The notes: a model not told the origin generated them from the sequence alone. DNA of 64,000 nt from Thermodesulfobacteriota bacterium (GCA_963675595.2 CAXXLZ010000002.1:928001-992000), one strand, 5' to 3'. Shown: positions 1 to 11,061, numbered from the stretch's first letter. Translations and numbers: made by a program.

Positions 1-390
1 ATCGCTTGAAGTCATCATCAAGTGAGAATAATTCCATCTTCCTTGATCCTTAACGGTCTAACCCTAATTTATGTGGAACCTTTCTCAAACAGAGGCGCCG
101 CAACGCTTTCTTGCCGATCTCTTCGAGGTTCTTGCGCCGGCATGAGGAATTGAAAGGACTCGAGCCGTTCAATATCTCCAAAACGGTGGGTCCGAACCTG
201 TTTAGAATCCTTTTCACATGGCTTTCGACAATACCTCTCCTGCCGGTTTTTCTCAACTGTCGTCGTGTGTGCAAGACTAAAACCGCCAACAGACAATGGC
301 CGAGTATCCAGGGATGCTGAGACAAAGAATGCTGAAGTCAGAAGGGGAGAGTGCACCAGTGAGTTCATTCGGGTGCTGCGGCTGACAGGG

Positions 391-876
391 TTAAAGGATT
401 ATCCCAGGGGAGAGCTCTGAATCTGTCCACGCCGACAGCGTCTCCAGAAGCTCCTCCACCGACCGGACAACCCGCCCACAGGACATTTCGATCATCGCAT
501 TGATAACGGAGCTCCGGGAGTCCCCGGCGTTCCGGAGATCAGTCCTGATCCCGATAAGTCTTGAGCGCTCCCTGATCGAAAAGAAGTACCCGATCTCCCA
601 GGCTGTTCCGTCGTCAACCTGCGGGCCGTCCAGAAGAGCGACAAGCACATCCGACCGGTCAAGGTTCGACTTGCACCGCTCAAAAACTTCCTGTTTGGCC
701 ATCTCGCCGAGCTTTTCTATTTCTTCCTGATCGATCAATTCGTAAGGCCAGATAACTTCTACTATCCTGCCCAATGCTCGACCACACTCCTCTATCCGAT
801 CTCTCAGGCGTCGGAGCCATTCCTGCTCTGCCTCAGAAAAGAGTGGCCCTGCAAGATAGATTTTCATCGCTTCCAT
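391..876 (-). CDS. Nucleoside 2-deoxyribosyltransferase family protein
   Basis: Family motifs KIYLAGPLFS, SDVLVALLDG, VDDGTAWEIGY and N-x-M near the C-terminus. Confidence 0.88.
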   Translation of the reverse strand: MEAMKIYLAGPLFSEAEQEWLRRLRDRIEECGRALGRIVEVIWPYELIDQEEIEKLGEMAKQEVFERCKSNLDRSDVLVALLDGPQVDDGTAWEIGYFFSIRERSRLIGIRTDLRNAGDSRSSVINAMIEMSCGRVVRSVEELLETLSAWTDSELSPGIIL

Positions 877-1256
877 GACAGCCTTTCTTGAATAATACCC
901 GGATTCCCATTAACCTCAAACCGGAATCACAAACCGGTGCAGGGGAGTAATGCTTTCAGAAATCATAGGCCAGATTGAACGGGTCACCTTCAACAACCAG
1001 GACAACGGCTACACTGTTGCAAAGTTGAAGGTTCCCGGTCGGCGTGAATTGGTCACGGCAGTCGGCTGCCTCATGTCCCCTGTTCCCGGTGAAGTCCCGA
1101 CAATGAAGGGAGAATGGAAGAATCATACACGATACGGTGAACAGTTCGATAAGGTAGGAAATATTTCGCAGATTTCGTAGAAGGGGTAGCCCTCGATCGG
1201 CTACGGTTTGGTTTGAGAAGAAACTAGAACCGAGGACCGAGAAGGAGGGCTACGGA

Positions 1257-2483
1257 ATGGAAGATAACAGGAGTGGATCAGGAAGTGAAGGCCGGGGCCA
1301 GGGAGAAATCATCAAGATTGAGGAAGCCGCTCTTCATCGGCATTTGGACGAAGTGGTTCGGGGGACGGTGGAAGAAACGCTGAACGCCCTACTGGAATCG
1401 GAAGCGGCGGTGTTGTGCGGCGCGGATCGATACGAACGAACGGAAGGCCGTAAGGACACGAGGGCGGGTCATTATAAGCGGAGTTTGCATACCAAGGCGG
1501 GAGAAGTGGAGCTGAAGGTACCCAAGTTGCGAACCCTGACTTTCGAAACCGCGATTATCGAACGATACCGGAGACGAGAGTCTTCCGTGGAGGAAGCGCT
1601 GATCGAAATGTATTTGGCCGGAGTTTCGGTGAGGCGCGTGGAAGACATCACGGAAACGCTTTGGGGAACGCGGATCAGTCCGTCCACGGTGAGTGAACTC
1701 AACAAGAAGCTCTATGTGCGGATACAGGATTGGCTGGATCGGCCGATCGAGGGAAAGTACGCCTACGTGTACTTGGATGGGGTGTGGCTGAAACGGAGTT
1801 GGGGAGGGGAAGTCCGCAACGTATCCGTACTGGTGGCCGTCGGGGTCAACGTCGAGGGATTTCGAGAAGTCCTCGGCGTTGTGGAAGGGACCAAGGAAGA
1901 CAAGGAAAGCTGGAGCCGTTTCCTGCGGCATCTCAAGCGCCGGGGCTTGTGGGGCGTTGAACTCATCATCAGCGACAAATGCCTCGGCCTGATCGAGTCC
2001 CTGGCGGAGTTCTATCCCGAGGCCCTTTGGCAGCGGTGCGCCGTCCATTTCTATCGCAACGTATTCACGGCGGTTCCCAAAGGCAAGGTGAAGGAAGTGG
2101 CGGCGATGCTCAAAGCGATCCATGCCCAAGAAGATCGCCAAGCGGCGCTGGAAAAGGTCGAGGCAGTGACACGAAAACTCGAAACCATGAAACTTCCCAA
2201 GGCGGCCCGTCTCGTGCGGGATGGAGCGGAAGAAACGTTGAGGTACTACGCCTTCCCCAGAGAACACTGGCGGAGCCTGGGCACCAATAACCCCCTGGAA
2301 CGCCTCATGCGGGAAATCCGTCGCAGGACTCGGGTGGTAGGGTGCTTTCCCGACGGGCAATCCGCCCTCATGCTCGTCTCAGCCCGACTACGTCACATTG
2401 CAGGTACCCGGTGGGGCACCCGGGCGTATTTGAATATGGATCGTCTTAACGAGCAGGAAGAAAGGCTCAAAGCCGCCTGCTGA
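1257..2483 (+). CDS. IS256-family (mutator-type) transposase
   Basis: Motifs R.GHY.R.L.T..GEV.L.VPKLR, EMYLAGVS.RRV, YLDG, QRC.VHF.RN and TNNPLERL.REIRRRTRVVG.FP. Confidence 0.95.
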   Translation: MEDNRSGSGSEGRGQGEIIKIEEAALHRHLDEVVRGTVEETLNALLESEAAVLCGADRYERTEGRKDTRAGHYKRSLHTKAGEVELKVPKLRTLTFETAIIERYRRRESSVEEALIEMYLAGVSVRRVEDITETLWGTRISPSTVSELNKKLYVRIQDWLDRPIEGKYAYVYLDGVWLKRSWGGEVRNVSVLVAVGVNVEGFREVLGVVEGTKEDKESWSRFLRHLKRRGLWGVELIISDKCLGLIESLAEFYPEALWQRCAVHFYRNVFTAVPKGKVKEVAAMLKAIHAQEDRQAALEKVEAVTRKLETMKLPKAARLVRDGAEETLRYYAFPREHWRSLGTNNPLERLMREIRRRTRVVGCFPDGQSALMLVSARLRHIAGTRWGTRAYLNMDRLNEQEERLKAAC

Positions 2484-2491
2484 TATCGACC

Positions 2492-2523
2492 GGCAGCCCC
2501 GGCGTATGGAACCCGGGGCTGCC
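2492..2523 (+). terminator. GC-rich hairpin after the IS256 transposase
   Basis: GGCAGCCCCGG-loop-CCGGGGCTGCC inverted repeat; no clear U-tract. Confidence 0.4.
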
Positions 2524-3728
2524 TCCTCAAACCGCCGCGCGAGGGACGACTCCTACAAAGTGCGAAATATTCTGGACACTACCAACAGTTCGAGATCATC
2601 CAGTACAAATCCATTACTCCTGCCACTGTCGCCGGAATCCAGAAATATCTCGGATCTGGTCTGATAAAGGGCATCGGGCCTGTGATGGCCGGACGCATCG
2701 TCAGGGTTTTTGGAAAAGATACACTGTCGGTGATCGAAAATGAAATCGAACGGCTGATTGAGGTTGAAGGTATCGGAAACAAACGAATCAGCCTGATCAG
2801 AAAGGCATGGGATGAGCAAAAGGAAATCCGCCAAGTAATGATCTTCTTGCAGGAGCACAACGTCAGTTCAGTCTATGCAGCGAAGATTTTCAAGCAGTAC
2901 GGCAATGAATCCATCCAAATCGTTAAAGAAAATCCCTACCGTCTGGCTGAAGATATTTGGGGCATCGGATTTCTCACAGCAGACCGTATTGCCGAACACC
3001 TTGGATTCACGAAAGATTCTCCACAGCGGGCGCAGGCCGGAATCCTCTTTGTCCTGCATCAACTTTCAGACGAAGGCCATGTCTATTATCCCTCCGCTTC
3101 CTTGATTGAAAAGAGCACTGAAATGCTCGAGGTCGAAAGCGACCGCATTGTAGAGGCGATGACAGTAATTGCGTCGGAGGGAAAAGTCGTCATCGAAGAG
3201 ATCCCGGAAGCGACCGATGTTCTCCACGAGCATAAAAAGGCGGTATATCTAGCCGGTTATCACACTGCCGAAACCAACGTCGCCGCCCGCCTCAGGTATC
3301 TGATGGCCGCCCCTAAGGCAATTCGTGAGGTGGACTCAGAGAAAGCGGTCGAATGGGTGCAGGGAAGACTCTCCCTGAAACTGGCGGAGAAACAGGTCGA
3401 GGCAATCAAGAGCGCTGCGACCGACAAGGTGCTGGTGATCACCGGCGGACCCGGTACCGGCAAGACCACCATCATTAGAAGCATCCTGACCATTTTCTCC
3501 AAGATCACCGATAAAATCATGCTCGCCGCACCCACCGGCCGTGCTGCGAAAAGAATGTCGGAGGCCACCGGCTTCGAAGCGAAAACCCTTCACAGGTTAT
3601 TGGAGTTCAGCCCCAAATTCGGCGGCTTCAAAAGAAATTTGGAAACGCCTTTGGAGTGCGAACTCCTCATAATCGATGAAGCAAGCATGATCGACGTCGT
3701 ACTGATGCATCATCTGCTCAAGGCGATT

Positions 3729-3911
3729 CGTAATGACAACCCAAAATTGACCCACCTTGATCACGGAAAATTGACCCACCCCTTGGTTTGGTTATGGGTT
3801 TCCTCAGCCGTCCCCCCGACTGGGGCTTGGATCGGCTGACAACGGAGGAAGCCGTAGGCGACCGGAGTTGTCAGCCGAGAGCTCGGTCTTGAGGCAGCTG
3901 TTTCTTTTTGA
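3729..3911 (-). mobile_element. IS21-family terminal remnant (one end only)
   Basis: (C)GTAATGACAAC followed by two copies of AAAATTGACCCACC (3743-3756, 3767-3780), the reiterated terminal motif typical of IS21 ends. It starts where recD2 stops and is cut off by IS1634. Confidence 0.7.
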
Positions 3912-5742
3912 CTCATCTTTGACAGTTGGAGGGTGAAAAAGGGCACCTCTCCCGCCTAAGTTATTGAAATACTTAGGCTGGTCTTTTGTCAAGGCTCAAA
4001 ACGTAGTGCCAATATGTGCGATTTTTTCCTTGACTGTCCCGACCGATATTCCGTACAATTTGTTTTATGTTTGCACGCCTTAAAAAGGTCAAGAGCGGCG
4101 GATTCGAGCATGAATATCTTCAGATCGTGGAGAACTATCGCCAGGATAAGAAGGTAAAACAGAAAGTTATATGCACGCTGGGCCGTCTCGACAGGCTCCG
4201 TGAATCGGGTGCCTTGGACGGAGTTCTTACCAGTCTCGCCAAGTTCTCCACCCAGAATCAGGTCATCAGTCTCTATAAGGAAGGTAGTGTCAAGGCGGAC
4301 TGGGCCAAGTCCTGGGGAACCGTTTTGGTGATCGAGAAACTCTGGAAGACCTTGGGGCTCGATGTGGTACTCCGATCTCTCGCTTCTCGCTCCGATTATC
4401 GCTTCGATCTAGAGCGCGCGGTCTTTGCCTGCGTCTGCCAACGCTTGGTCCGTCCGGGATCCGATCTCGCCGCGAGCCGTTGGATTCAGAACGTCCACGG
4501 TGAAGGCTTCGACGACCTGGAGCTTTAGCACCTTTATCGATCCATGGACTTCCTGGCCGAGTATCAGCCCGAAATCGAAAAGGAACTTTTCCGTCGGGGC
4601 CGCGACCTCTTCGATTACGGGGTGGATCTCGTTTTCTTCGACACCACCTCGGTCTACTTCGAGGGCCGGGGGCCGGCCGAGTTGGCTCGATACGGGTTCT
4701 CCAAGGACCATCGTCCCGATCGGAAACAGGTGTTGGTGGGCGTCGTCATGTCCCGAAAGGGATATCCCCTTTCCTGTCAATTTTGGGAGGGCAACACGGC
4801 GGACGTTACCACCATCAAGCGCATCATCGCCCTGGTCAAGCGTCGGTTCTCCCTGAACAACGTGGTCCTGGTCTCCGACCGCGGTATGGTCGGCGTCGAC
4901 AATCTGGTGGAACTGGAGCGTGCCGGTATCGACTACATCGTGGGCATCCCCATGCGCCGTTACCAGGATGTCCGAGACCAAGTGGTGGACACTCCGGGCT
5001 ACTACCAAGCCTTGACTCCGACCTTGTGGTTCAAGGAGATTCATTTGAACGGATGCCGTTACGTCCTCTGCTATAACCAAGACCAGGCGGCTAAAGACGA
5101 GGCCACCCGATCGGCCCTTGTGGAAAAACTGAAAACCACCCTGAAAAAACAGGGACCCCAATCTCTGGTGGGAAACAAGGGCTTCAGGAAATTCATCAAG
5201 CTCGACCGGGAAACCGTCCGCATCGATCCCGCCAAGGTCAAGGACGACGCCCGCTTCGACAGCAAGTATGTTCTCCTCACCAGTACCGACATTCCCGCCG
5301 ATGAAGTGGCCGTTACCTACAAACGCTTGTGGCAGGTGGAAAGAGCCTTCCGGGACCTCAAATCGGCCCTGGAAGTCAGGCCCGTGTTCCACCAACGGTG
5401 TCAACGCGTTCAAGGTCACATCTTCTGCAATTTCCTGGCCCTATACCTGAAGATCGCGCTGCAGAAACAGCTCAAAACCAAGGAAATCGACATCCCCTGG
5501 GACCAAGTTCTCCTGGACCTCGAAGCCTTCAAAGCCATCCATCTACAGGTCGCGGAGAAATCCTACCTCCTCAGAACGGAATTCCAGGGCCGCGCCTACC
5601 ACATCTTCCAAGCCGTCGGCCTCAAACCGCCGCCCACTTTGCAGACTCTCCAGGAGCACCAAAACGTAGTGCCATAAACCTTTCGTTTTTGTATAACCCA
5701 TTGAAATTACTATATTATTTTTTTTAAACCGTCAAAGATCAG
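3912..5742 (+). mobile_element. IS1634-family insertion sequence
   Basis: Terminal inverted repeats CTCATCTTTGACAGTT (3912-3927) and AACCGTCAAAGATCAG (5727-5742), 14/16 match; subterminal direct repeat CAAAACGTAGTGCCA (3997-4011, 5660-5674); no target duplication visible. Confidence 0.85.
4067..5677 (+). pseudogene. IS1634-family transposase with one in-frame TAG at 4526-4528
   Basis: The two ORFs share a frame (DDLEL*HLYRSMDFL). Motifs YLQIVENYR, FFDTTSVYFEG, GFSKDHRPD, V.DRGM, YK.LWQVERAFR.LKS and RPVFH. Confidence 0.9.
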
Positions 5743-5754
5743 TTAAACGACACT

Positions 5755-6813
5755 TCACTTGGCGTACACTGCTTCGATTGGTTGACTTGCGTCCTCCGTC
5801 AGTCTGTTCGAGTAACGCAGAATGGTAAAATCGTCTCCTACCGCAAAAGCCAAATTACGAGATGCGACCCAAACAGCATTCAGGTTCACTCTCGTTCCGG
5901 AATCCATCTTGCTCAACTCCATACCGTCATAGAACAAAATGGTACCGTCTTCTCCAACGGCGATGACGAAATCCGGAGCGCATCCATGAACCCGACTAAG
6001 CGGCGAGGTCAATTCAGGGAGCGAAACAGACTCCCAACCATCCCCCATATAGCGAAAGAATATCCCGCTGTTTCCATTTCCAAACCAGAAGCCCCAACTC
6101 ATGTCGTAGCCTACCGCATATATTCGATCGCTGGAAATGCCCCAAACGTCGGTAAAACCTCTGACAATTCCAGAATCCTGACCCCTATGAGGAAAAATCT
6201 CTTCAACACCTCCAACATTCTCTGACGTATATGAGGAGCATGAATCACAGGTAAATATTAATGCTTTCTCATAATAATCAAAAGTTGCAAACACACTATC
6301 ATAGTCTTCATGAAAACCAACGGCAGCTATTATGTTTCCGTCACTCCACATATCTTTTATATAAAAGTCGTCATAACTATCAACCATCGTTGTTTCGGAA
6401 TCTTCACATTGGATTCCGTCCTCGACATTTATAAAGGCAGAGCCGCCACAGTAAACATACTTAGTTCCATGTATTATTGTTCCTGGAATGCTCACAAATG
6501 AAATACCGTTAAATAGTTGGTAATCGTTATTAGTTTCTATGATTAGCCCTTGTCGATATAGACCAAGTATTTTCTTAAACTTGCTATCATTATCCGAATA
6601 ATATATATTAATTTTGTTTTTTGATAAATGAATTAATACTCCATCTTCTCCGATAATATAGACATCGTCTTTTGCAGTACCCCATACGTCTACTAGGTCC
6701 CCAGTGTTGTCTCCTAGGTCAACTTGGCTCCATAACGCGCTTGAATCGCAATCAAAGACAACCAGTAGTAGAAGCGGAATCAACACATACAGAAGCAACA
6801 TTCGGTACTTCAT
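5755..6813 (-). CDS. Secreted beta-propeller-like protein (VWG/AVG blade repeats), paralogue of 8965-10014
   Basis: Signal peptide MKYRMLLLYVLIPLLLL with GGAGGA RBS; repeats LVDVWGTAKDDVYIIG, FTDVWGISSDRIYAVG and LNAVWVASRNLAFAVG. Confidence 0.7.
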   Translation of the reverse strand: MKYRMLLLYVLIPLLLLVVFDCDSSALWSQVDLGDNTGDLVDVWGTAKDDVYIIGEDGVLIHLSKNKINIYYSDNDSKFKKILGLYRQGLIIETNNDYQLFNGISFVSIPGTIIHGTKYVYCGGSAFINVEDGIQCEDSETTMVDSYDDFYIKDMWSDGNIIAAVGFHEDYDSVFATFDYYEKALIFTCDSCSSYTSENVGGVEEIFPHRGQDSGIVRGFTDVWGISSDRIYAVGYDMSWGFWFGNGNSGIFFRYMGDGWESVSLPELTSPLSRVHGCAPDFVIAVGEDGTILFYDGMELSKMDSGTRVNLNAVWVASRNLAFAVGDDFTILRYSNRLTEDASQPIEAVYAK

Positions 6814-6898
6814 TGAACTGTCCTCCTCAATTCTTACAAAAGCCGACAACTATGCTGTCAAGCCCCCAGTTTTTGGTCCAGGAGTTATGAGAGTTTTA

Positions 6899-8079
6899 TC
6901 ATGACTCGCGGTTTTCCATCCCCGGCCCTTGGGGCCTCGGCGAAGCCGAGCTGAGCGAGGCGGAGTCGAGGCCCCAAGGGCTCGCCGCGAACTGGGCCGG
7001 GGTCATGTAATTCAATGCACTGTGCGGTCTTTCCTCGTTATAGGCTTTCCGCCATTTGGCGGCCAGAGTCTGCGCTTCCTTGATGTTGTTGAAAATTTCC
7101 ATGTTCAAGAATTCATCCCGAAAACGGCTGTTGAAACTTTCCACGTACCCGTTCTGCCAAGGGGCTCCCGGCTCGACGAAAAGGGTTCCCACTCCCAGGT
7201 CTTTCAGCCAGTTTCTCACCTTTTGGGCTATAAATTCGGGACCGTTATCCGATCGAATGCCCGTTGGAACTCCCCGCTCGCCCATCAATCGGCTCAGCTC
7301 GTTCAAAACGTCTTCACCCGTAATGGAGCGGTTGATCCTCAGGGCCAGGTTTTCCCGAGTAAACTCGTCGACAATGGCCAAGCACTTGAACTGACGGCCG
7401 TCGACCAAGCGGTCATGAATGAAATCCAACGTCCAGACATCATTTGCAAAAGCCGCCTTACGCTTGTTGCACGCATTGGCATCAACTCCCAGGAAGCGTT
7501 TCTTCTTGGCTTTTCGAGGTACCTTGAATCCTTCCTCTTTCCAAAGTCTATGAATTCGCTTGTAGTTTACCGCCCACCCCGCATCACGCAGCAGCCGAGT
7601 GATCCTACGGCATCCAAAACGGGGATGTTCTCCAACCAACCGGTGAAGAGCCTTGATCAGTTCCACCTCATCGTCCCGTTCCTTCGGCTCATAACGTTGG
7701 GTGGATCGGTGTTGACCGGCTACGCGGCAGGCCCGACGCTCTGAAGCGGCATGTTCACTTCGAACATAATCAACCGCTTTCCTACGACGCGCCGGGCTTA
7801 GAAGTTTCCCTCCGCAAGATCCTTCAGCATTGCCTTGTCCAACATCAGATCGGCGACCAGCTTTTTTAAGCGTGCATTTTCCTTTTCCAGTTCTTTTAGC
7901 CGTTTGGCCTCCTCAGCCTTCATCCCCCCATACTGGTTTCGCCACCGGTGGTACGTCGCCTCGCTCACCTCCAGCGATTGGCAAACCTGCGCTATCGTCT
8001 GCCCTGCCGTCAGACGACGGTCCGCGTCTTCAAGTTTCCGGATGATTTGCTCCGCGCTGTGTCTCTTTCTCTTGGCCAT
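6899..8079 (-). CDS. IS3 transposase OrfA/OrfB, probably joined by a -1 programmed frameshift
   Basis: OrfA HTH (MAKRKRHSAEQII...YHRWRNQYGGM...LKELEKENARLKKL, 7798-8079); GGGAAAC slippery site just before the OrfA stop; OrfB rve core W.LDF, DEFTRE, SDNGPEF, PGAPWQNGYVESFN. Confidence 0.9.
6926..6980. repeat. GC-rich palindrome inside the IS3 3' region
   Basis: CCCTTGGGGCCTCG...CGAGGCCCCAAGGG inverted repeat. Confidence 0.7.
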
Positions 8080-8157
8080 GCAAAAAGTCTCCTTCCGTTC
8101 TTTGGGCATTCAGACTCTCATTATACATGGACCAATTATCGGGGGGCATTCCAATGC

Positions 8158-8842
8158 AAAGAATCCGGCCTATAGATATGCCTGCGATCGGAAATAATGG
8201 GGCCTGCAAAACGGAGGATGCCATCACTTAAGACGCAGCCTGACCCGGCACCCGTAGGTCCGGTCTCGGGTAAACACTATGATTGTATACAAAGGTCACA
8301 TCCGCGAAGGCGCACCCGGCAAGCTTCAGGGAGTTGTTCTGTCTCGAACCGGACTCAGGGCCTCCGCCTCCCCCTCTCATCAGAGCTGCCGCCATGCAAT
8401 CCATCTGTCCCAAAGGGCATTCTTACTTCGTAGAGAAATGTGCTCGAATGCCTTTCGGCAAATCAGCGGGATCCGCGGGAATATTGTGCCAACGCCCGGT
8501 TTCTACGTACGTGGTCTGGAAGAGCCTCCTTCGCGCGCCATAGGGGATGGTAGAAGCCAGCCAATCGAGAGCGGCTTTGCCCTTGGTCGAGTTGTAGCCC
8601 TCAACAGAGCACACCTTGATCATGACGGGCCAAATCTTCTTATACTTGGCGATGTCGTTGAGGATATCGCAAACCCAGGTAATCTCCTTACCAATCATGG
8701 TGCTGAGGTAACCCAAGCTCAGCACGTCAGGGAGGTCGCTCAGTATGTAGCACGTCACCTTGCGGACGATGCCGCCGCCATCCTCTTTCTGCTCCTCTTC
8801 GATCTTCTTCGCCTCTGCTCGATGGTCTTCTCTCTTGTTCGA
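8158..8842 (-). pseudogene. Decayed ORF of unknown function (one frame, two internal stops, cut by IS3)
   Basis: ORFs 8423-8758 and 8228-8413 and the flanking sequence share one frame (EAKKIEEEQKEDGGGIVRKVTCYILSD...STK*ECPLGQMDCMAAAL...AAS*VMASS); no start codon or RBS. Confidence 0.45.
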
Positions 8843-8964
8843 TTAGGCATACCGCTATTCCTCTTTTCATGTAAGACAAACGTACACCTATGGTTTGGAA
8901 GGGACCGCAGCCTACCCTTCCGCTTGACAAGGATATTCAGTAAGGCCACAGGGGCATGGAACCT

Positions 8965-10014
8965 TCATTCAATAAAGCCTTCTTCGCTTGTCTGCCTCGT
9001 GCGACGCCGACGGTCGTTCCAGTAACGCAGAATGGTGAAGTCGTCCCCTACGGCAAAAGCCAAATTACGAGATGCAACCCAAACAGCATTCAAGTTCACG
9101 CTTGTTCCGGAATCCATCTTGCTCAACTCCATACCGTCATAAAACAAAATGGTACCGTCTTCTCCAACGGCGATGACGAAATCCGAAGAACACCCATGAA
9201 CTTGACTCAGAGGGCTTGTAGACTCAGGGACCGGGATATCCTGCCATTCCTCCCCGGTATAATGAGTGAAGATTCCTCTATTGTTCTGGTACCAAATGTC
9301 TGAACTTTTATTGTAGCCTACCGCAAATATGTCACTGCTTGAAACACCCCAAACATTTCTATAGCCTGTGGATATGATTCCATGCTGGTATCCTGAATCT
9401 AAAAGCCCAAAACTATGAAAGGTTTCTCCGAACCCTTTCATAGTATCTGTCGTATAAGTAGAACAGGAGTCACAAGGGATGATAAACTCTGCCGCAAAAC
9501 CGGGGTACATGGAACCAACAGCGGCTAACATGCTTCCGTCGGTCCAAATACTCGCGATATAAGTATCTGGAATCCCAATCACGTCAGCAGTGGTTTCTAA
9601 GTCCTCACATTGAATGTCGTACAAGCCTATTGTAAATGCCGAGCTACCACAATAAATAGATTCTGCTCCCCGCATCACCTCATTAGGAATGTCTATAAAC
9701 TGATCCCCATCAAAAATAATATTTCCGTTATTGGTTGATATGACCAAACCCTGTCTTGTTAAGCCTAATATCTTATTAAACTTTTTTCCTGTAATCTCCT
9801 GGAAGACTTCCCACTTATTTGACGAAAGATGAATCAATATTCCGCCTATCCCAATAATATAGACGTTATCTTTCGATGTCCCCCAAACATCTACAAGTCT
9901 CCCACTATATTCCCCTAAGTATATTCGGCTCCAGGAAGCCCATACATTATCGTAAGACAGAACAATCCAATTAAATAGCATGAAAGCAATCATTATTTTC
10001 AGCCAATGCTTCAT
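8965..10014 (-). CDS. Secreted beta-propeller-like protein, paralogue of 5755-6813
   Basis: Likely start MKHWLKIMIAFML (signal peptide); same blade motifs; the last ~60 aa (VIAVGEDGTILFYDGMELSKMDSGT.VNLNAVWVASRNLAFAVGDDFTILRY) are nearly identical to the paralogue. Confidence 0.7.
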   Translation of the reverse strand: MKHWLKIMIAFMLFNWIVLSYDNVWASWSRIYLGEYSGRLVDVWGTSKDNVYIIGIGGILIHLSSNKWEVFQEITGKKFNKILGLTRQGLVISTNNGNIIFDGDQFIDIPNEVMRGAESIYCGSSAFTIGLYDIQCEDLETTADVIGIPDTYIASIWTDGSMLAAVGSMYPGFAAEFIIPCDSCSTYTTDTMKGFGETFHSFGLLDSGYQHGIISTGYRNVWGVSSSDIFAVGYNKSSDIWYQNNRGIFTHYTGEEWQDIPVPESTSPLSQVHGCSSDFVIAVGEDGTILFYDGMELSKMDSGTSVNLNAVWVASRNLAFAVGDDFTILRYWNDRRRRTRQTSEEGFIE

Positions 10015-10318
10015 TGAATGGCCTCCGTACAATAAAGTTACCTGGACTTTCTGATTATTACCGGAACCGATAAATTTTGTCTTAAAAAACCATTGAAGGT
10101 AGTTTGTAGCTTCATTTATGTTTAACATGCGTAAATTAACTGCTTTCTATCAAGAAAATCAGCTTAATTATACTTATAAATAGTTTCAATTAGCATCCAA
10201 ATCTTTTTTAACATAGCCAATTTATGTTTACCGTACTAAGCTTACTATTCTGTATTTTCACTTTTTTGACATCCGTTTGACACATATTCTCATAAAACAT
10301 CATTTAGTTAATAATCAA

Positions 10319-10939
10319 CTAAGGAAGGCTGCTTAACATCACTTCAATCGAAGCTTTAGCACTCTTTTTAACGCACGGAGTCAATGATCCTACTAACCCA
10401 CCTTTAGTTAATCTGATCCAAGAACGGTCTTTCCAAAGCAACCTTCCATCTTCTATATTTATCAAGGATGCGGACACTTCTGCATGACACCATTTTTCAG
10501 CTACAGCATAGGTAGATTCCAAATCTTCAATAAAAATAAAGAGAAGACCTGTCTTATTTTCCATTGTACCTAAAGCCGCAAGCTCCTTAGGGTCCATCTC
10601 GTAAATATCTTCTCCTCTTAAGTGGTTTTTAATTAACAAAGTTTTTTCGAATACAGACTTATGATCATAACCTTTTCCCCGTAATGCATCTATTATCCAT
10701 TCATCTATTTCCTCTATAAATTCTGCGTCGAGATCAACTTTGCCTTTATCGTGTCTTACATCCATCACGCGTAGAATTATTATTTTATTTAATGAATATT
10801 TACCAAAACTTTTATCAAGGTACATTGGTACTCGTCTATTTAAGGTTGTCTTAGTCTTAGGAGTGATGCATCCAGCTGATACTAATATCCCACAAAATAT
10901 CAATAACCATGGCAACATTCTAACTTTCCTACTCATCAT
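10319..10939 (-). CDS. Lipoprotein of unknown function (possible CsgG/LpoB-like alpha/beta fold)
   Basis: Lipobox VSAG-C after a hydrophobic stretch; C-terminal A.V.ASLINIEDGRLLW pattern; AT-rich. Confidence 0.6.
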   Translation of the reverse strand: MMSRKVRMLPWLLIFCGILVSAGCITPKTKTTLNRRVPMYLDKSFGKYSLNKIIILRVMDVRHDKGKVDLDAEFIEEIDEWIIDALRGKGYDHKSVFEKTLLIKNHLRGEDIYEMDPKELAALGTMENKTGLLFIFIEDLESTYAVAEKWCHAEVSASLINIEDGRLLWKDRSWIRLTKGGLVGSLTPCVKKSAKASIEVMLSSLP

Positions 10940-11061
10940 TTCACAACTCCTCGTTGATCCAAGAGGTCTATAGTTGCGGCACGTATAGCGGCGAAGCACA
11001 TCAGGTTTGGCTCCGTCAGCACGATTGAGCTATATTTGCTTTGTCTTTAGTGGAAGGTGTT

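Larger units (their letters stand above)
1148..2583 (+). mobile_element. IS256-family insertion sequence
   Basis: 8-bp target duplication AACAGTTC (1140-1147 and 2584-2591); imperfect terminal inverted repeats sharing AATATTTCGCA at the same offset from each end. Confidence 0.93.
950..3728 (+). pseudogene. recD2: RecD2 (RecD/TraA-like SF1B helicase), split by IS256 and truncated by an IS21-type end
   Basis: The N-terminus (GQIERVTFNNQDNGYTV...GEW..H..YGEQF, 950-1147) rejoins in frame with EIIQYKSITPATVAGIQKYLGSGLIKGIGP after 2591. Walker A GGPGTGKTT, AAPTGRAAKR and IIDEASM follow. Helicase-like sequence stops at ~3728 and the C-terminal motifs are missing. Confidence 0.92.
6856..8153 (-). 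mobile_element. IS3-family insertion sequence
   Basis: TG...CA ends with ~40-bp imperfect inverted repeats (shared TTGGTCCA...ATGAGAGT); 4-bp target duplication ATGC (6852-6855, 8154-8157). Confidence 0.93.

Noticed and set aside
1-390. Short ORFs on both strands at the window start
   Set aside because: No recognisable motif or RBS; one frame continues past a stop into ILFSLDDDFKR, too little to call
1389-2360. 323-aa minus-strand ORF and other long antisense ORFs (4409-5419, 6929-7744, 35758-36936, 49591-50541, 51648-53561, 55572-57056)
   Set aside because: Antisense shadows of well-supported GC-rich genes
4526-4528. Pyrrolysine read-through of the transposase TAG
   Set aside because: A single CAG-to-TAG change explains it, and no pyl genes are in the window
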